64,000 nt of DNA from Candidatus Latescibacterota bacterium. Its GTDB lineage: Bacteria; Latescibacterota; UBA2968; UBA8231. The stretch lies in NCBI GenBank assembly GCA_965223905.1, contig CBDCXV010000011.1:1216001-1280000 (forward strand), written 5' to 3'. The notes beneath the pieces were generated by a model. That model saw nothing but the letters and a program-made list of their open reading frames with translations. It searched no databases and was not told where the DNA came from. Below, one piece after another: positions 1 to 10,009 of this stretch. A program made the position numbers and the translations under genes. Numbering within the stretch: position 1 is the first letter of the stretch; every line of letters begins with the position of its first letter.

Positions 1-13
1 GCGCGCCGGGTTT

Positions 14-1237
14 TCATTCCTCTACCGGCAGGCGCCAGCGCGCAAGTCGTTGGTTGGCTATCCATAACACGCTGCCGTCGTAGTACAGCTTTCGAGCCAG
101 ATAAACCCTACCAACGAAGGCATCCGCATTCGAGCCGGTAGGCGTGCGGTGCAATTGGCCGGACTCGAACACGCCGATCCATCCCCCTCCGTCCATCCAG
201 ATACGACCGGCGCGCTCTGCGGCCATCGAGGGCCTTCCCTGGCCGTAGAAAGAGGAGTACTCGTACTCCATCCACCCGCTCGCGGTCTTTTTTACCAGGA
301 GATAGGGAGTTGAAATCCACAGCGTTCCTCCCGGGTCGACCAGCATGCCCACGCTGTTTACCCCTATGGGCGCCCCAAGGGAAACCTGGTACCCGCGCCA
401 CTCGCTACCGTCATACGAAATCAGCGAAAAGAAATCCGAAGAAGTATTGACGAAGTCGGGAACATCATAGACCGGCTTGCCCCACACCGTGCCGGTGCCG
501 TCCACGGCAACCACATCGATCCATGAGTAGTCAGGCAACCCATCGGCCAACGAAAACCGCCGCCACTCACGCCCGTCGAAGCGTAGCATCAGGGCCGGAT
601 TCATCCCCCCCAAATCCACACTGTACCCTCCCATCCACACCGTGTCCCCCGTTCCTTCCCCCAAACTGGACAGAAATCCGATTCCGAAATCCTCCAAGCC
701 GCTGTACTCCGTCAGCGTATCCCCCGATATGCGGCACACCATGTCGTTCGACAGATGGTCCGTCACCGTTATCCAGATCCGGCCCTGCGCGTCCCGACCG
801 AGGTTCTGGACATACCGAGACCAGACTACACGCCGCCAAGAGGTGGTGCTGTCAGAGAATACATACAGCCCGGCTGGCTCCCTGGCGTATGCCCACAGCC
901 GTCCCTGGGCGTCCTTGGTGACTTGGGAGAACTTGCCGGGATACACACCGAGTTCGGTGACCAGATCCGATTCGGTGACCGTCGGCGTAATGACGGTCCC
1001 CGAACCGGTTCCGATCCGTTGCCCAGAGTCTGTGACCGACCGGCCCGGCCCTATATCGACCCTTACGAGATTCGAAACCGTGCGCGTCTCGAAGGTGGAA
1101 GACGGGGTGCCCCTGGCCCCCGAGGGGCCCTCCACCAGCACCTCCAGGGTTCCCGTATCGTTTTGGGCGGTCGCCTCTAGCCGCATCCACAGCAGCAGCG
1201 CCAGGCCGGCCAGAGAAAGTCGTCGTATCTGTCGCAT
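14..1237 (-). CDS. Secreted beta-propeller (two-component regulator propeller-like) protein
   Basis: Part of ORF 14..1369. ATG at 1237 follows a GAGGGAG RBS. Signal peptide MRQIRRLSLAGLALLLW; repeated 'D.QGR(L/I)W', 'FDGREW..F...DGLP' and 'VDPGGTLW' blades. Confidence 0.7.
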   Translation of the reverse strand: MRQIRRLSLAGLALLLWMRLEATAQNDTGTLEVLVEGPSGARGTPSSTFETRTVSNLVRVDIGPGRSVTDSGQRIGTGSGTVITPTVTESDLVTELGVYPGKFSQVTKDAQGRLWAYAREPAGLYVFSDSTTSWRRVVWSRYVQNLGRDAQGRIWITVTDHLSNDMVCRISGDTLTEYSGLEDFGIGFLSSLGEGTGDTVWMGGYSVDLGGMNPALMLRFDGREWRRFSLADGLPDYSWIDVVAVDGTGTVWGKPVYDVPDFVNTSSDFFSLISYDGSEWRGYQVSLGAPIGVNSVGMLVDPGGTLWISTPYLLVKKTASGWMEYEYSSFYGQGRPSMAAERAGRIWMDGGGWIGVFESGQLHRTPTGSNADAFVGRVYLARKLYYDGSVLWIANQRLARWRLPVEE

Positions 1238-1274
1238 GGGTATCTCCCTCTTATTTGGGATGACTCCAACTATC

Positions 1275-2342
1275 CTATCCTTGATTCGGTGAAGCAGCGC
1301 CGTCGGGTTCGGTTCCTGCCTTAGCTTCGTCCCCGCAGAACGGCAAATCTCCTCCGTATCTGATGCCATTCAGCGCCGCGGGAACGCATCCGCTCAAGTC
1401 GTTGCCGAAGAGGCGCAGCTCTTCCAGGTTGGTCAGTTGGCCCAATTCGGGCGGGATCGAACCGCTCAAGCCGTTCCCCTCGAGGTTCAGCCCTTTCAGG
1501 TGGGTCAGCTGCCCCAGTTCGGACGGGAGCGAACCCCACAACCCGTTTTCGGATAGAGACAGCCCGATGATGCGGCCGTTGGAGTCCGTCTCGACGCCAT
1601 ACCATTTACTCAGGGGCACGTCGTAGTTCAGCCAGTTGGTTTTTTTCTTCCAATTCTTCCCGTGGTTGTTCGCCTTGTACAGCGCCGCCAGTGCGGATGC
1701 TTCCGGATCCCCGTCAGGTGGTTCGCTTTGATCGTCCCCGCAGAACGGCAAATCCCCTTTGTAGGCTTCCTTTTTGAGCGCACCGGGGACGCATCCGCTC
1801 AACTGATTGCCGCGGAGGTCCAGCACTTTCAAGTTGGTCAGCTGGCCCAGCTCGGCCGGGACGAAACCGCTCAACTGGTTGTTGGAGAGGGACAGGTATT
1901 CCAAGTTGCCCAGCTGGCCCAGTTCAGGCGGAATGGAACCGCTCAACTCGTTGGAGCCAAGGTCCAGCGTATCCAGGTTGACGAGCTGGCCCACCTCGGG
2001 CGGAATGGAACCCCCCAACCCGTTTTCCGATAGAGACAGCCCGGTGATGCGGCCGTCGCGGTCCGTCTCGACGCCGTACCATTCACTCAGGGGCACGTCG
2101 TAGTTCAGCCAGTTGGTTTTGTTCCCCCAATTCTTCCCGTGGGTCGCCTTGTACAGCGCGGCCAATGGGGCAGCTCGTTCCCGGCGTTCGCCGATATTGT
2201 CGATCGCTGCTACCGGATCGCTATATGTCAGGCTGCTGCTGTCGCGCTTGGCGCCCTGATCAGGATTATTGACCCCCTTGCTTTTGTCTGAGCACGAAAG
2301 CAGCAACGGCAATGCGAGCCCAGCGAAAAACAGTCGTCTCAT
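1275..2342 (-). CDS. Lipoprotein with two plant-type LRR modules (LRRNT cap + LxxLxLxxNxLSGxIPxELG repeats)
   Basis: Lipobox LLLSC. The 'LAALYKAT.G.NW...TNWLNYDVPLS.WYGVETD..GRI.GLSLSENGL' cap occurs twice, each module ending 'GCVP.AL...Y.GDLPFCGD'. Confidence 0.9.
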   Translation of the reverse strand: MRRLFFAGLALPLLLSCSDKSKGVNNPDQGAKRDSSSLTYSDPVAAIDNIGERRERAAPLAALYKATHGKNWGNKTNWLNYDVPLSEWYGVETDRDGRITGLSLSENGLGGSIPPEVGQLVNLDTLDLGSNELSGSIPPELGQLGNLEYLSLSNNQLSGFVPAELGQLTNLKVLDLRGNQLSGCVPGALKKEAYKGDLPFCGDDQSEPPDGDPEASALAALYKANNHGKNWKKKTNWLNYDVPLSKWYGVETDSNGRIIGLSLSENGLWGSLPSELGQLTHLKGLNLEGNGLSGSIPPELGQLTNLEELRLFGNDLSGCVPAALNGIRYGGDLPFCGDEAKAGTEPDGAASPNQG

Positions 2343-2346
2343 GGCA

Positions 2347-2613
2347 TTATTCTCCTGCTTGGCTTGTGATACTCTTTGATCCGGTATCTCGAAGGGCCTT
2401 CAGGTATTCCGACTCGGTACCGGGGTACGAGTCATTCGCATAGTGATGCTCGTACGTCCAGCGATTACCCACCGCCAATGGGACGTAGTCGTGCGGATCG
2501 AGTTCTAACCGGAGAGAATCGGGCTCATCGATTTCATGGACGGCCACAGCGGCTGAATAGCTAACCAAAAAAACGAGCATGAACATTGGCAATCTCATCC
2601 CACGACATTTCAT
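2347..2613 (-). pseudogene. Truncated secreted protein (signal peptide + 'DYVPLAVGNRWTYE' motif)
   Basis: ATG 2613 with AGGAGG RBS; the frame ends about 30 aa after a motif that normally begins a longer domain. Confidence 0.5.
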
Positions 2614-3049
2614 CGAATAACCTCCTATGGGTACCGGGGCGAGCATCTGAATTTCACGTCCCAAGTTATGGACTACTCTACTGATATCATCGCACACAAG
2701 ATGACCCTCTGGTTGCCAAAACAAGCGCCCAGACACCGCCACCGCTTACGTGATTCGGGCCCTTTTGCATGAGCGCGGGGAAGGGCACGAGCACAGGGCG
2801 CCTTCGCCGCTGCCAAAACCCACTCCATCATTCGCTACACACCGCGCCCTAAGTTTAATTGCGCCTGACTGCGCAGGGTTTCGCTTGGCCCGTACAAGAA
2901 ACCCCGCCAATATGCCCTTGTCAATACCAATACCTAAATTTGTTTGGGAGCAAAAACATCCCTCCTTGCCCCCTTTATCTCTTCTATGGGCGCCTACCTC
3001 TCCTATCCGTTAGATCACCGGGTTCGGGCACGCTGTACCCTCCCTGCTT

Positions 3050-3380
3050 GTTAAGATCCGGTTCGCAAATTCTGTGCCAATTTTTTTGAAAACAGACTAA
3101 CATACGGTATATGCGGAAGTTATATCGTATGTGGGTTTCCTGGCAAGATTTCGGGAAGTGTTTCGAAATGCGACACGCCCATCGCTCGCGACGACCTAAT
3201 GCCCTGTTGCGGGGAGACTTCAACTGTAAGTTTTTGAACAAGTTATAGGAAATATTCGGAGACGGGACGGGGAATGTGTCGCATTTTTCAACGAATGTCC
3301 CATTTTGCGACAGTCCTCACGCATTGGGGGATCACCGCATCGATCCCCTCGACGCGCAGGCCGTCTCGACCCTCTATCCC
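3050..3380. repeat. Copy A of a ~330 bp diverged non-coding promoter cassette
   Basis: Colinear with 3698-4025; shared blocks AGTTATATCGTATGTG, GCAAGATTT, AATGCGACACG, GGACGGGGAATGTGT, CATTTTGCGACA, TCGATCCCCT. Confidence 0.85.
3065..3079 (-). promoter_or_regulatory. Sigma54 -24/-12 promoter
   Basis: Minus strand TGGCAC-AGAAT-TTGC, an exact TGGCAC-N5-TTGC match, pointing at the secreted-protein genes to the left. Confidence 0.75.
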
Positions 3381-3429
3381 CATCGTCAAGGCCTCCCCTG
3401 CTCAACCCACAGATTCTCCGGAGGAGCCT

Positions 3430-3633
3430 CATTTTTCCTCCTTCATTCAGGAGGGAGTCATCAAAGGCGCCCACCTCCACCGTGCTGCTGTCGATCTGAC
3501 CGCCTTTCAGGATCACCCCTGCCGGCGGCAGGTAGTCCGCGGCCTCACAGTCGGCAGCTACGGCCCCCCAGGCCCAGCTCACTGCGAGCAGCTCGGCCAG
3601 GGTCAGGCTGATCATCTTTTTCGTTTCCATCAT
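3430..3633 (-). pseudogene. Remnant of a secreted protein gene (MMETKKMISLTL...AADYLP)
   Basis: Signal-peptide-like start then 'ADYLP', resembling 'HDYVP' of 2347..2613. The start region has an 18 bp tandem duplication (3613-3647). Confidence 0.4.
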
Positions 3634-3712
3634 CTTTTCGTTTCCATGGTGTTTTCCTCTCCTCAATCGTTCAGCAGCGACGGGAAGAGTCTTGCATATC
3701 AAGACTTGGTCT

Positions 3713-3727
3713 GCAAATCCTGTGCCA
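3713..3727 (-). promoter_or_regulatory. Sigma54 -24/-12 promoter
   Basis: Minus strand TGGCAC-AGGAT-TTGC. Confidence 0.75.
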
Positions 3728-3880
3728 ATCTGTTAGAAAGCGGACTAACTTATTGCAAATGCAAGAGTTATATCGTATGTGAGTCTCCTTGCAAGATTTG
3801 GGGAAGCGTTGCAGAATGCGACACGTACATCGCTCCGAAGACCGAATGCCCTGTGGCAGAAGAAACTGCAACTGTTTGTT

Positions 3881-3893
3881 TATCAATAAGTTA
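3881..3893 (+). promoter_or_regulatory. IHF-binding site
   Basis: TATCAATAAGTTA matches WATCAANNNNTTR and lies between the sigma54 site and palindromic GTCGCA-TTT-TGCGAC boxes. Confidence 0.55.
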
Positions 3894-4099
3894 TAGAAAA
3901 GAATAAGAAGCAGGACGGGGAATGTGTTGCAATTTGGAACGCGAGTCGCATTTTGCGACACACCTCACACATAGCAGATCACCAGCTCGATCCCCTGGAT
4001 GCACCGGGAGTCCCGACCCTCGTACCGGGGTTTGCTGGTCAGGGAGGGTACTATCATGGACGCGACGATGGTTCAGGCCTCTCCTTCGACCAAGAACCG

Positions 4100-4290
4100 G
4101 GATCGTCAACGGGATCCGGAGATGGGCTCTCGACCGACTCGACGATCACCGGCGACGACACCGAGATCGGCAGTCGCCCGGTGCGGGGTGTGTCCGCCCC
4201 GGGGACCAGCTTCAGGCTGATCCGGCTGAGAGCCCCCACAACCCGGGGGACCTACTACTACGGAGCCTGCGTGCCGCCGGCCTCGACCCG
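4100..4290 (+). pseudogene. CARDB-like domain fragment
   Basis: 'STDSTITGDDTEIG...APTTRGTYYYGACV', with no proper start or stop context. Confidence 0.5.
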
Positions 4291-4812
4291 CAGGCCGTGC
4301 GAGGGGGTGCGGGCACCGGCCCGGTTGAGCGACCCGAAGGTCACGCCCGTTCCCACGGTCAGGTTGCCGTCATCGGCCACGATCAACTCCGGCCGGTCGT
4401 TTGCGTCGGTGCCGAGCGGCGCCAGGAAACAAACCGTCGTGTTGTCGGAAATCGTCAGGCTCGCGCCGTCCAGGACCGTGACGTCTCCGCCCACATGGAC
4501 CGGGCCCGGTCCCCAGGTTTCCGTACCGTCAATCGGGCCTACCCAATGGTCGAAATAGACATCGACCCGCGCGCTCCCGGTTCCCGGGTTGTTCTCGTCA
4601 CGGGTCACGCGGATGTTGCGGACCGCCCGCCGGGAAGATGGATGCGGCTCGAAGTCAGGGTGCCCCGGGTAGTAAGGGCGGGACCTGAATACACCTACAT
4701 CAGGTACCTGAAAATGGCCGTCGTCCGCGGCCGTCACCTCCAGGCGCAGATTCGGATTGTCCAGAGCCGTGCTCGTGGGCAAGGAGTTGTCCGGGTCCTG
4801 GTAATACGCCAT
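4258..4812 (-). pseudogene. Fragment of a large surface protein (beta-helix-like 'GDVTVLDGASLTI')
   Basis: Internal fragment lacking a signal peptide; abuts the CARDB fragment on the opposite strand. Confidence 0.4.
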
Positions 4813-4959
4813 CGCCTGGAATTTTGCCTATAAGATGCTACGGGCCGGGGGACTTGCGTCCTGCCGCGGCTTCCCCCCAGAGACCGGCTTGCCGCCGACG
4901 CGAAAATGTGCGATTACATAGCCGCAATTTTCCAAAGCCCTTCCGGAGGTATCGCTGCC

Positions 4960-5901
4960 GTGCTGCTCCTGCCCCCGCTCGAAAGCCTGCGCTTCTTCGA
5001 GGCCGCCGCCCGCCACCAGAGCTTCGCCCGCGCCGCGGCCGAGCTCGGCGTCACCCCGCCCGCCGTCGCCCACCGCGTCCGCAGCCTGGAGAAGCATCTC
5101 GAGGTCCCGCTGTTCGACCGCCACCACCGGGGCGTGCGCCTCAACCGCCGCGGCCGGGCCTACCTGAACGAGGTGCAGCGCATCCTCGGCGATCTCCACG
5201 GCGTCTCCGAACGGCAGCGCCGCTGGCCCCGCCGCGTGCGCATCGTCTCGGTCGAGGCGGTCGCCGAGAAGTGGCTGGTGCCGCGGCTGGCCACCTTCAA
5301 GGCCGCCCACCCCGGCATCGCCATCGAGGTCGAGACCAACCACCGGGGCGTCGATCCGGACCGCCGCGACTTCGACGCCTGGTTCGCCTACACCGGCGAG
5401 ACCGCGGCCCCGCGCCCGGTGACGCGGCGTGAGGACCTCTTGTTGGAGGAGACGCTCTACGAGGAGCAGCTGCTGCCGGTCTGCAGCCCGGCCCTGCTCG
5501 CGGCGCGCGGACGGCCCCGCCGACCGGCCGGCCTGCACCACTGGCCCCTGCTCTACGACCTGGGATGGGACGCCGACTGGTCGTACTGGTTCGCCCGCCA
5601 GGGCCAGTCCACGCCCGACCTGTGGCGGGCCTCGGGCTTCCGCCTCTACAGCATGCTGGTCCAGGCCGCAGTGGCCGGGCTCGGGGCCGCCATCGGACGC
5701 TCGAGGCTGATCGCGCAGGAGCTGGAATGCAGAACCCTGGTCCCCGTCTTCCAGCGCCAGGCCGAGGCGGTTGAACGCTGCTGCCTGATCACCACCGCGC
5801 CGGCCCGGCAGCGCCCCGAGGTGCGGACTTTCCGCAAATGGGTCCTGGGGGAGGCCGAAACCGCGGGCCGGCGAGCCGACGACCTCCCGCGCCAGCGGTG
5901 A
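4960..5901 (+). CDS. LysR-family regulator (GcvA-like)
   Basis: LPPLESLRFFEAAARHQSFARAAAELGVTPPAV HTH; GTG start after GGAGG. Confidence 0.9.
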   Translation: MLLLPPLESLRFFEAAARHQSFARAAAELGVTPPAVAHRVRSLEKHLEVPLFDRHHRGVRLNRRGRAYLNEVQRILGDLHGVSERQRRWPRRVRIVSVEAVAEKWLVPRLATFKAAHPGIAIEVETNHRGVDPDRRDFDAWFAYTGETAAPRPVTRREDLLLEETLYEEQLLPVCSPALLAARGRPRRPAGLHHWPLLYDLGWDADWSYWFARQGQSTPDLWRASGFRLYSMLVQAAVAGLGAAIGRSRLIAQELECRTLVPVFQRQAEAVERCCLITTAPARQRPEVRTFRKWVLGEAETAGRRADDLPRQR

Positions 5902-6069
5902 CCGGGCGCCGAACGTCCATTTCTGCAAGGGGATAGTGAGGCCCACGGGGGCCGCATCCGGGCCGGAGAGCGAGGGCCCCGGCCTGGGGGCGCGGTTCAC
6001 CTTCACGATTCCCGTGGTCAAAGAGGCCGCAACCAGGTCCGCTGCGCGTTCCCGAAGGGCGCCGCTGAC

Positions 6070-6286
6070 CGCGAGGGCCCCGGCCGCCGGCAGGTGCCCC
6101 CCGTTCGAGAAGCAGGCCGGCGGCTCGAGCGGCTGTCCCCAGGTCCTCGACGGCGACGCCGACCAAATACTCCGCTTCCGTCTGGTTCGGCGCGACGATA
6201 TCGAACGCCCCGAAGGCGTCCGCCGGGATGCCGGCAGCCGGGGCCGGGTCGAGGACGACGCGGACGTTGCGGTCCCTGGCGGCCAA
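6070..6286 (-). pseudogene. Ribokinase (PfkB) internal fragment
   Basis: 'VVLDPAPA...DIVAPNQTEAEYLVG...AARAAGLLLERGA'. A histidine-kinase C-terminal scrap ('SEGPGLGARFTFTIP') lies beside it on + at ~5960-6030. Confidence 0.65.
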
Positions 6287-6388
6287 TCTCCCGGGGTAAA
6301 TCCGGCAGGCCGTTGTACTTGATCAGCGTCTGCGAATGCTTGCCGGCCGTCGCAGGCTGCGGGGGGTCGCAGCCCGGACCGATGCAAC

Positions 6389-6958
6389 TCACTTCCCCGG
6401 GGGAAACACCTCCGGGTTGCGCTGCCGGAAGAGCTCCAACCAGTAGAACCCGGCGACGACGAGGGCGTGGTCGATGTCGCCGTTGCGGATCAGGCTTTCG
6501 ATCCCGGCCAGGTCCACCTCCTCGACGGCGATCTCCTCGGCGGCGTCGAGCCGGGGCTCCCGCTGGCGACGCGCCCCGAGGGCGAGGAAGGTGTGCATGT
6601 GATTGTCCTGGATCGCCGGGTTGGCGGCCACCCTGCCGATCAGGATGAGCTCCCCGGCAACGTAGCCGGTCTCCTCGAGCAGCTCGCGGCGCGCGGTTTC
6701 CTCATGCGTCTCCCCCGCGTCGACCACCCCGCCCGGGATCTCCAGGCTGATCTCCCCGGTCCCGTGCCGGTACTGCCTGATGACGACCACCTTCCCCTGC
6801 GGGGTGACTGGGATGACGTTGACCCAGTCCGGCATGCCCAGGACGTAGAAGTCGTGCAGGGCACCGGTGCGCGGGGACCGGCGCCGCTCCCGGCGGAGCT
6901 TGAAGACGCGGAAGTCGCCGAGGTCCTCGCTGTCGGTCGTCGGCCAGTGTTCGGTCAT
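6389..6958 (-). CDS. NUDIX hydrolase (ADP-ribose pyrophosphatase-like)
   Basis: Nudix box GVVDAGETHEETARRELLEETGY; 'RQYRHG' motif. Confidence 0.9.
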   Translation of the reverse strand: MTEHWPTTDSEDLGDFRVFKLRRERRRSPRTGALHDFYVLGMPDWVNVIPVTPQGKVVVIRQYRHGTGEISLEIPGGVVDAGETHEETARRELLEETGYVAGELILIGRVAANPAIQDNHMHTFLALGARRQREPRLDAAEEIAVEEVDLAGIESLIRNGDIDHALVVAGFYWLELFRQRNPEVFPPGK

Positions 6959-6967
6959 CGGATCGGC

Positions 6968-8386
6968 TCAGACCTCGAGGGCCTGGCGCAGCTGGCGCAG
7001 CGCCGCTTCCGGGGTCGTCGATACATCTACCGCTATCGCCCCGGCAGGGATCTCGAGGGTCTCGAACTGGCTGCGCAGCAGGCTCCGCGGCATGTAGCGG
7101 TGCACGCGGTCCGCGAGGCGGGCGGCGATCACCTCTTCGGCGGCGTGCAGGTGGGCGAAGCGGACCTCGCTGCGGCCGGCGGCGAGGAGGTCGCGGTAGT
7201 TCTGCTTCAGGGCCGAGCAGGCGAGGATGCAGCTCTCGCCGCGGCCGATCCGTTCCCCGAGCATGGCGGCGAGGTGCTCGAGCCAGGGGCGCCGGTCGTC
7301 GTCGTCGAGGGGCACCCCGGAGGCCATCTTGGCGACGTTCGCCTCCGGGTGGAAGTCGTCGCCGTCGAGGAACGGCCACCCGAGCTCGGCGGCCAGCAGC
7401 TCCCCTATCGTCGTCTTGCCGCTTCCGGTGACTCCCATCAGCACGAGCGCCACCGGGGGCTCCGGCGCTTGCAATACCCTGCGGTAGAACTGCTGCAGCA
7501 CCCGCTGTCCCGCGGCCGACACCGCGCACTCCACCGGGAACCCGGCGCCGCGGCCCAGGCCGCACGCGACCCGGCCGCGCGCCTCCGCGTCGGTCTCGAC
7601 GTCGATCCGGTGGACGGCGGTCTCGCAGAGAGAGCTGTCGATGGCGAAAGCGACGGCGAGCAGGTCGTGGAGGTGGATGACCGCTCTTCCCTGGGTCTGC
7701 TCCATGCGCGCCATTCCCGTGCGCGCCGCGGCCTCGCAGAATGCCGCGGCCGGCGTGGGATCGGCGCCCAGCCGCCGCTGCAGGGCGGCGCGGGACAGCT
7801 CGACCTGGCGGGTGGCGTCGAGCGGCACCAGGGTCAGGACGGCGCCGGAGCGGACGACCGCCTGGGCCGCCTCCGGGTCGGCGTAGAAGTTGAACTCGGC
7901 GGCGGCGGTGACGTTGCCCGGTTCCACGAGGGCCCCGCCCATGACGACGATCCTTCCGGCGCGCTTGAGCAGGCCCGGCTCGCGGGCCTCGGCGAGGGCG
8001 AGATTGGTCAGGGGCGCCACCGCGATCACGGTGATCCCGGGCTCCTCCCGCAGGCGGCCCACCAGGTAGTCGGCCGCGTCCCCCGAGGCCTGGCCGGAAG
8101 GGGACGGCAGCTCGGCCTCGCCGAGACCTCCGGCGCCGTGGAAGTGCGTGGCGCGCAGGGGCCGGCGCCGCAGCGGCCGCGCGGCGCCGGCGTACACCGG
8201 GACGTCGCCGCGGCCGGCGAGCTCGGTGATCCTGAGGGCGTTGGCGACCCCGGCGGCCAGCGGCACGTTGCCGCTGGCAACGGTGATCCCCCGGACCTCG
8301 AGCTCGGGCGAGGCGAGGGCGAGCAGGATGGCCATGGCGTCGTCGACGCCGGGGTCGACGTCGAGTATGACTGCTTCGGGTGGCAT
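6968..8386 (-). CDS. Nucleoside hydrolase (IU-NH) fused to gluconokinase (GntK/IdnK-like)
   Basis: N-terminal DVDPGVDDAMA and AAEFNFYADPEAA; C-terminal MGVTGSGKTT, DGDDFHPEANVAKM, LACSALK, SQFETLE; all in one frame. Confidence 0.85.
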   Translation of the reverse strand: MPPEAVILDVDPGVDDAMAILLALASPELEVRGITVASGNVPLAAGVANALRITELAGRGDVPVYAGAARPLRRRPLRATHFHGAGGLGEAELPSPSGQASGDAADYLVGRLREEPGITVIAVAPLTNLALAEAREPGLLKRAGRIVVMGGALVEPGNVTAAAEFNFYADPEAAQAVVRSGAVLTLVPLDATRQVELSRAALQRRLGADPTPAAAFCEAAARTGMARMEQTQGRAVIHLHDLLAVAFAIDSSLCETAVHRIDVETDAEARGRVACGLGRGAGFPVECAVSAAGQRVLQQFYRRVLQAPEPPVALVLMGVTGSGKTTIGELLAAELGWPFLDGDDFHPEANVAKMASGVPLDDDDRRPWLEHLAAMLGERIGRGESCILACSALKQNYRDLLAAGRSEVRFAHLHAAEEVIAARLADRVHRYMPRSLLRSQFETLEIPAGAIAVDVSTTPEAALRQLRQALEV

Positions 8387-8715
8387 TCGGGCGAGGCCTG
8401 TAGGCTCTTGCGGGAACCCCTTCGCCGCGGTCTCGGACAGCGGGCCTGAAGGTCGGTTGGTTAAGATCTGCGAAGTACCGGAATCGGGGGCGAACCGGAG
8501 CGATTCGGCCCTCGGCGAGACGCGAAAACCCGCCGCGAGGACGGTCCGTCCGCCCCACCCTGCACATGGATCCGCGTCCGGGGGAATCCTATCCAGCACC
8601 CCGGCGAGGGTCAAGCGCCTTCCCCCTGCCGCGGCGGCCTGGTGCCTGCGAGGGCAATTCCGCGTGAATTCGGGCCCGTTGCCTTCGCTCGCCGTACACC
8701 CCCGGTACGGCTCGC

Positions 8716-9963
8716 TCAGGCGCCTTGCGAGCCGGGCCCATCGGCGCCCTCGTTCGTACGCCTGCTTACGGGCGCAGGCACCAGGGTCTCGGGAACCCCC
8801 AGCAGCAGGATCGCCGCGGCCGCGACCCCGACCCCGGAGACGGCGACCGGGGCCGCGGTCAGACCGAGAAGATCGGCGACCGGGCCGACGACGAGGGGGC
8901 TGCCGGCGTTGCCGGCGTCGCCGATGAAGCGCCAGACCCCGAGGAACTCCGCCCGCGCATTCCCGGGAGCGAGGTCGGAGCCGAGGGTCAGCATGGTGCC
9001 CGAGCCGATGCCGTTGCCGAAACCGATCAGGATCGCCACCGCGGCGAGGCCGGCGAAGCTGCCGGTCAGGGGGATCGCCGCGATCCCGACTGCCTGCACG
9101 AGAAAGCTGGGGACCGAGGCGAACTTGCGGCCGAAGCGGTCCATCAGCAGACCTGCGGGGTAGAACATCAGCATGTCGACGCTGTACGAGAGGCTGGTGA
9201 CCACGCCGATGTCGGCGGCGCCGAGGCCGAGCTGATCGGCTCCGTACAGGGGGATCAGGACGTTGCGGGCCGAGCGGATCAGCGACACGCAGAGGTGGGC
9301 GGCGCAGGCCGGCACGATGGCGTTGTGCTCCCGGATCATCTGCAACAGGACGCCCCTGCGGCGGCCGCCCGCGGACCGCCCGGTGCGCTCCGGCCCGTCT
9401 CCGGGGATCCACCGGGCCGCGGCCAGCAGCGCCAGGAAGGTGAGACCGGCGCAGGCGAGGAAGGGGACGCGCAGGCCGAATGCGGCGGCGAGGAACCCCC
9501 CGGCCGCGGGCGTGAAGAAGGAGGTCACCCGGTTGATTCCGCCCATGAAGGCGCTGGCGCGGCCGCGGCGGTCGCTGCGGATCGCCTCGGCGAGGAACGA
9601 GTGGCGGGAGATGTTCCACATCGCCGTGCCGATGCCGCCGGCGAACTGCACCGCCACCGCCTCGAAGACCGACTCCACCCACCACAGGCCCAGAAGCGAC
9701 AGCGAGACCACGAGGCCGCCGGCGAGCATGACCCGCTTGCGCCCCAGGCGCCGGATCAGCACCCCGACCGGAAGGTCGGCGGCGAGGTTGCCCCCGGCGC
9801 CGGCCGCCAGGATCAGCCCGACGGTGGCGTAGGAATCGGAGAACTCCCCGGCGAACAGCGGCAGGATCGGCAGCAGCAGGCCCCGCGCCAGGCCGTTGAT
9901 GACCGTGGGGGCGTAGAGGGCCAGCAGCAGCGAGCCGCGCGCCGGGGTACGGCTCCCCGTCAT
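8716..9963 (-). CDS. MFS transporter
   Basis: About 12 hydrophobic segments; 'RRLGRKR' and 'DRFGRK' loop motifs. Confidence 0.9.
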   Translation of the reverse strand: MTGSRTPARGSLLLALYAPTVINGLARGLLLPILPLFAGEFSDSYATVGLILAAGAGGNLAADLPVGVLIRRLGRKRVMLAGGLVVSLSLLGLWWVESVFEAVAVQFAGGIGTAMWNISRHSFLAEAIRSDRRGRASAFMGGINRVTSFFTPAAGGFLAAAFGLRVPFLACAGLTFLALLAAARWIPGDGPERTGRSAGGRRRGVLLQMIREHNAIVPACAAHLCVSLIRSARNVLIPLYGADQLGLGAADIGVVTSLSYSVDMLMFYPAGLLMDRFGRKFASVPSFLVQAVGIAAIPLTGSFAGLAAVAILIGFGNGIGSGTMLTLGSDLAPGNARAEFLGVWRFIGDAGNAGSPLVVGPVADLLGLTAAPVAVSGVGVAAAAILLLGVPETLVPAPVSRRTNEGADGPGSQGA

Positions 9964-10009
9964 CGATCGCGAATCGCCGCGGGCACCGCCTGGCGCCGCC
10001 GGCCCCGGC

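Larger units (their letters stand above)
3698..4025. repeat. Copy B of the ~330 bp promoter cassette
   Basis: Colinear with copy A (3050-3380). Confidence 0.85.
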
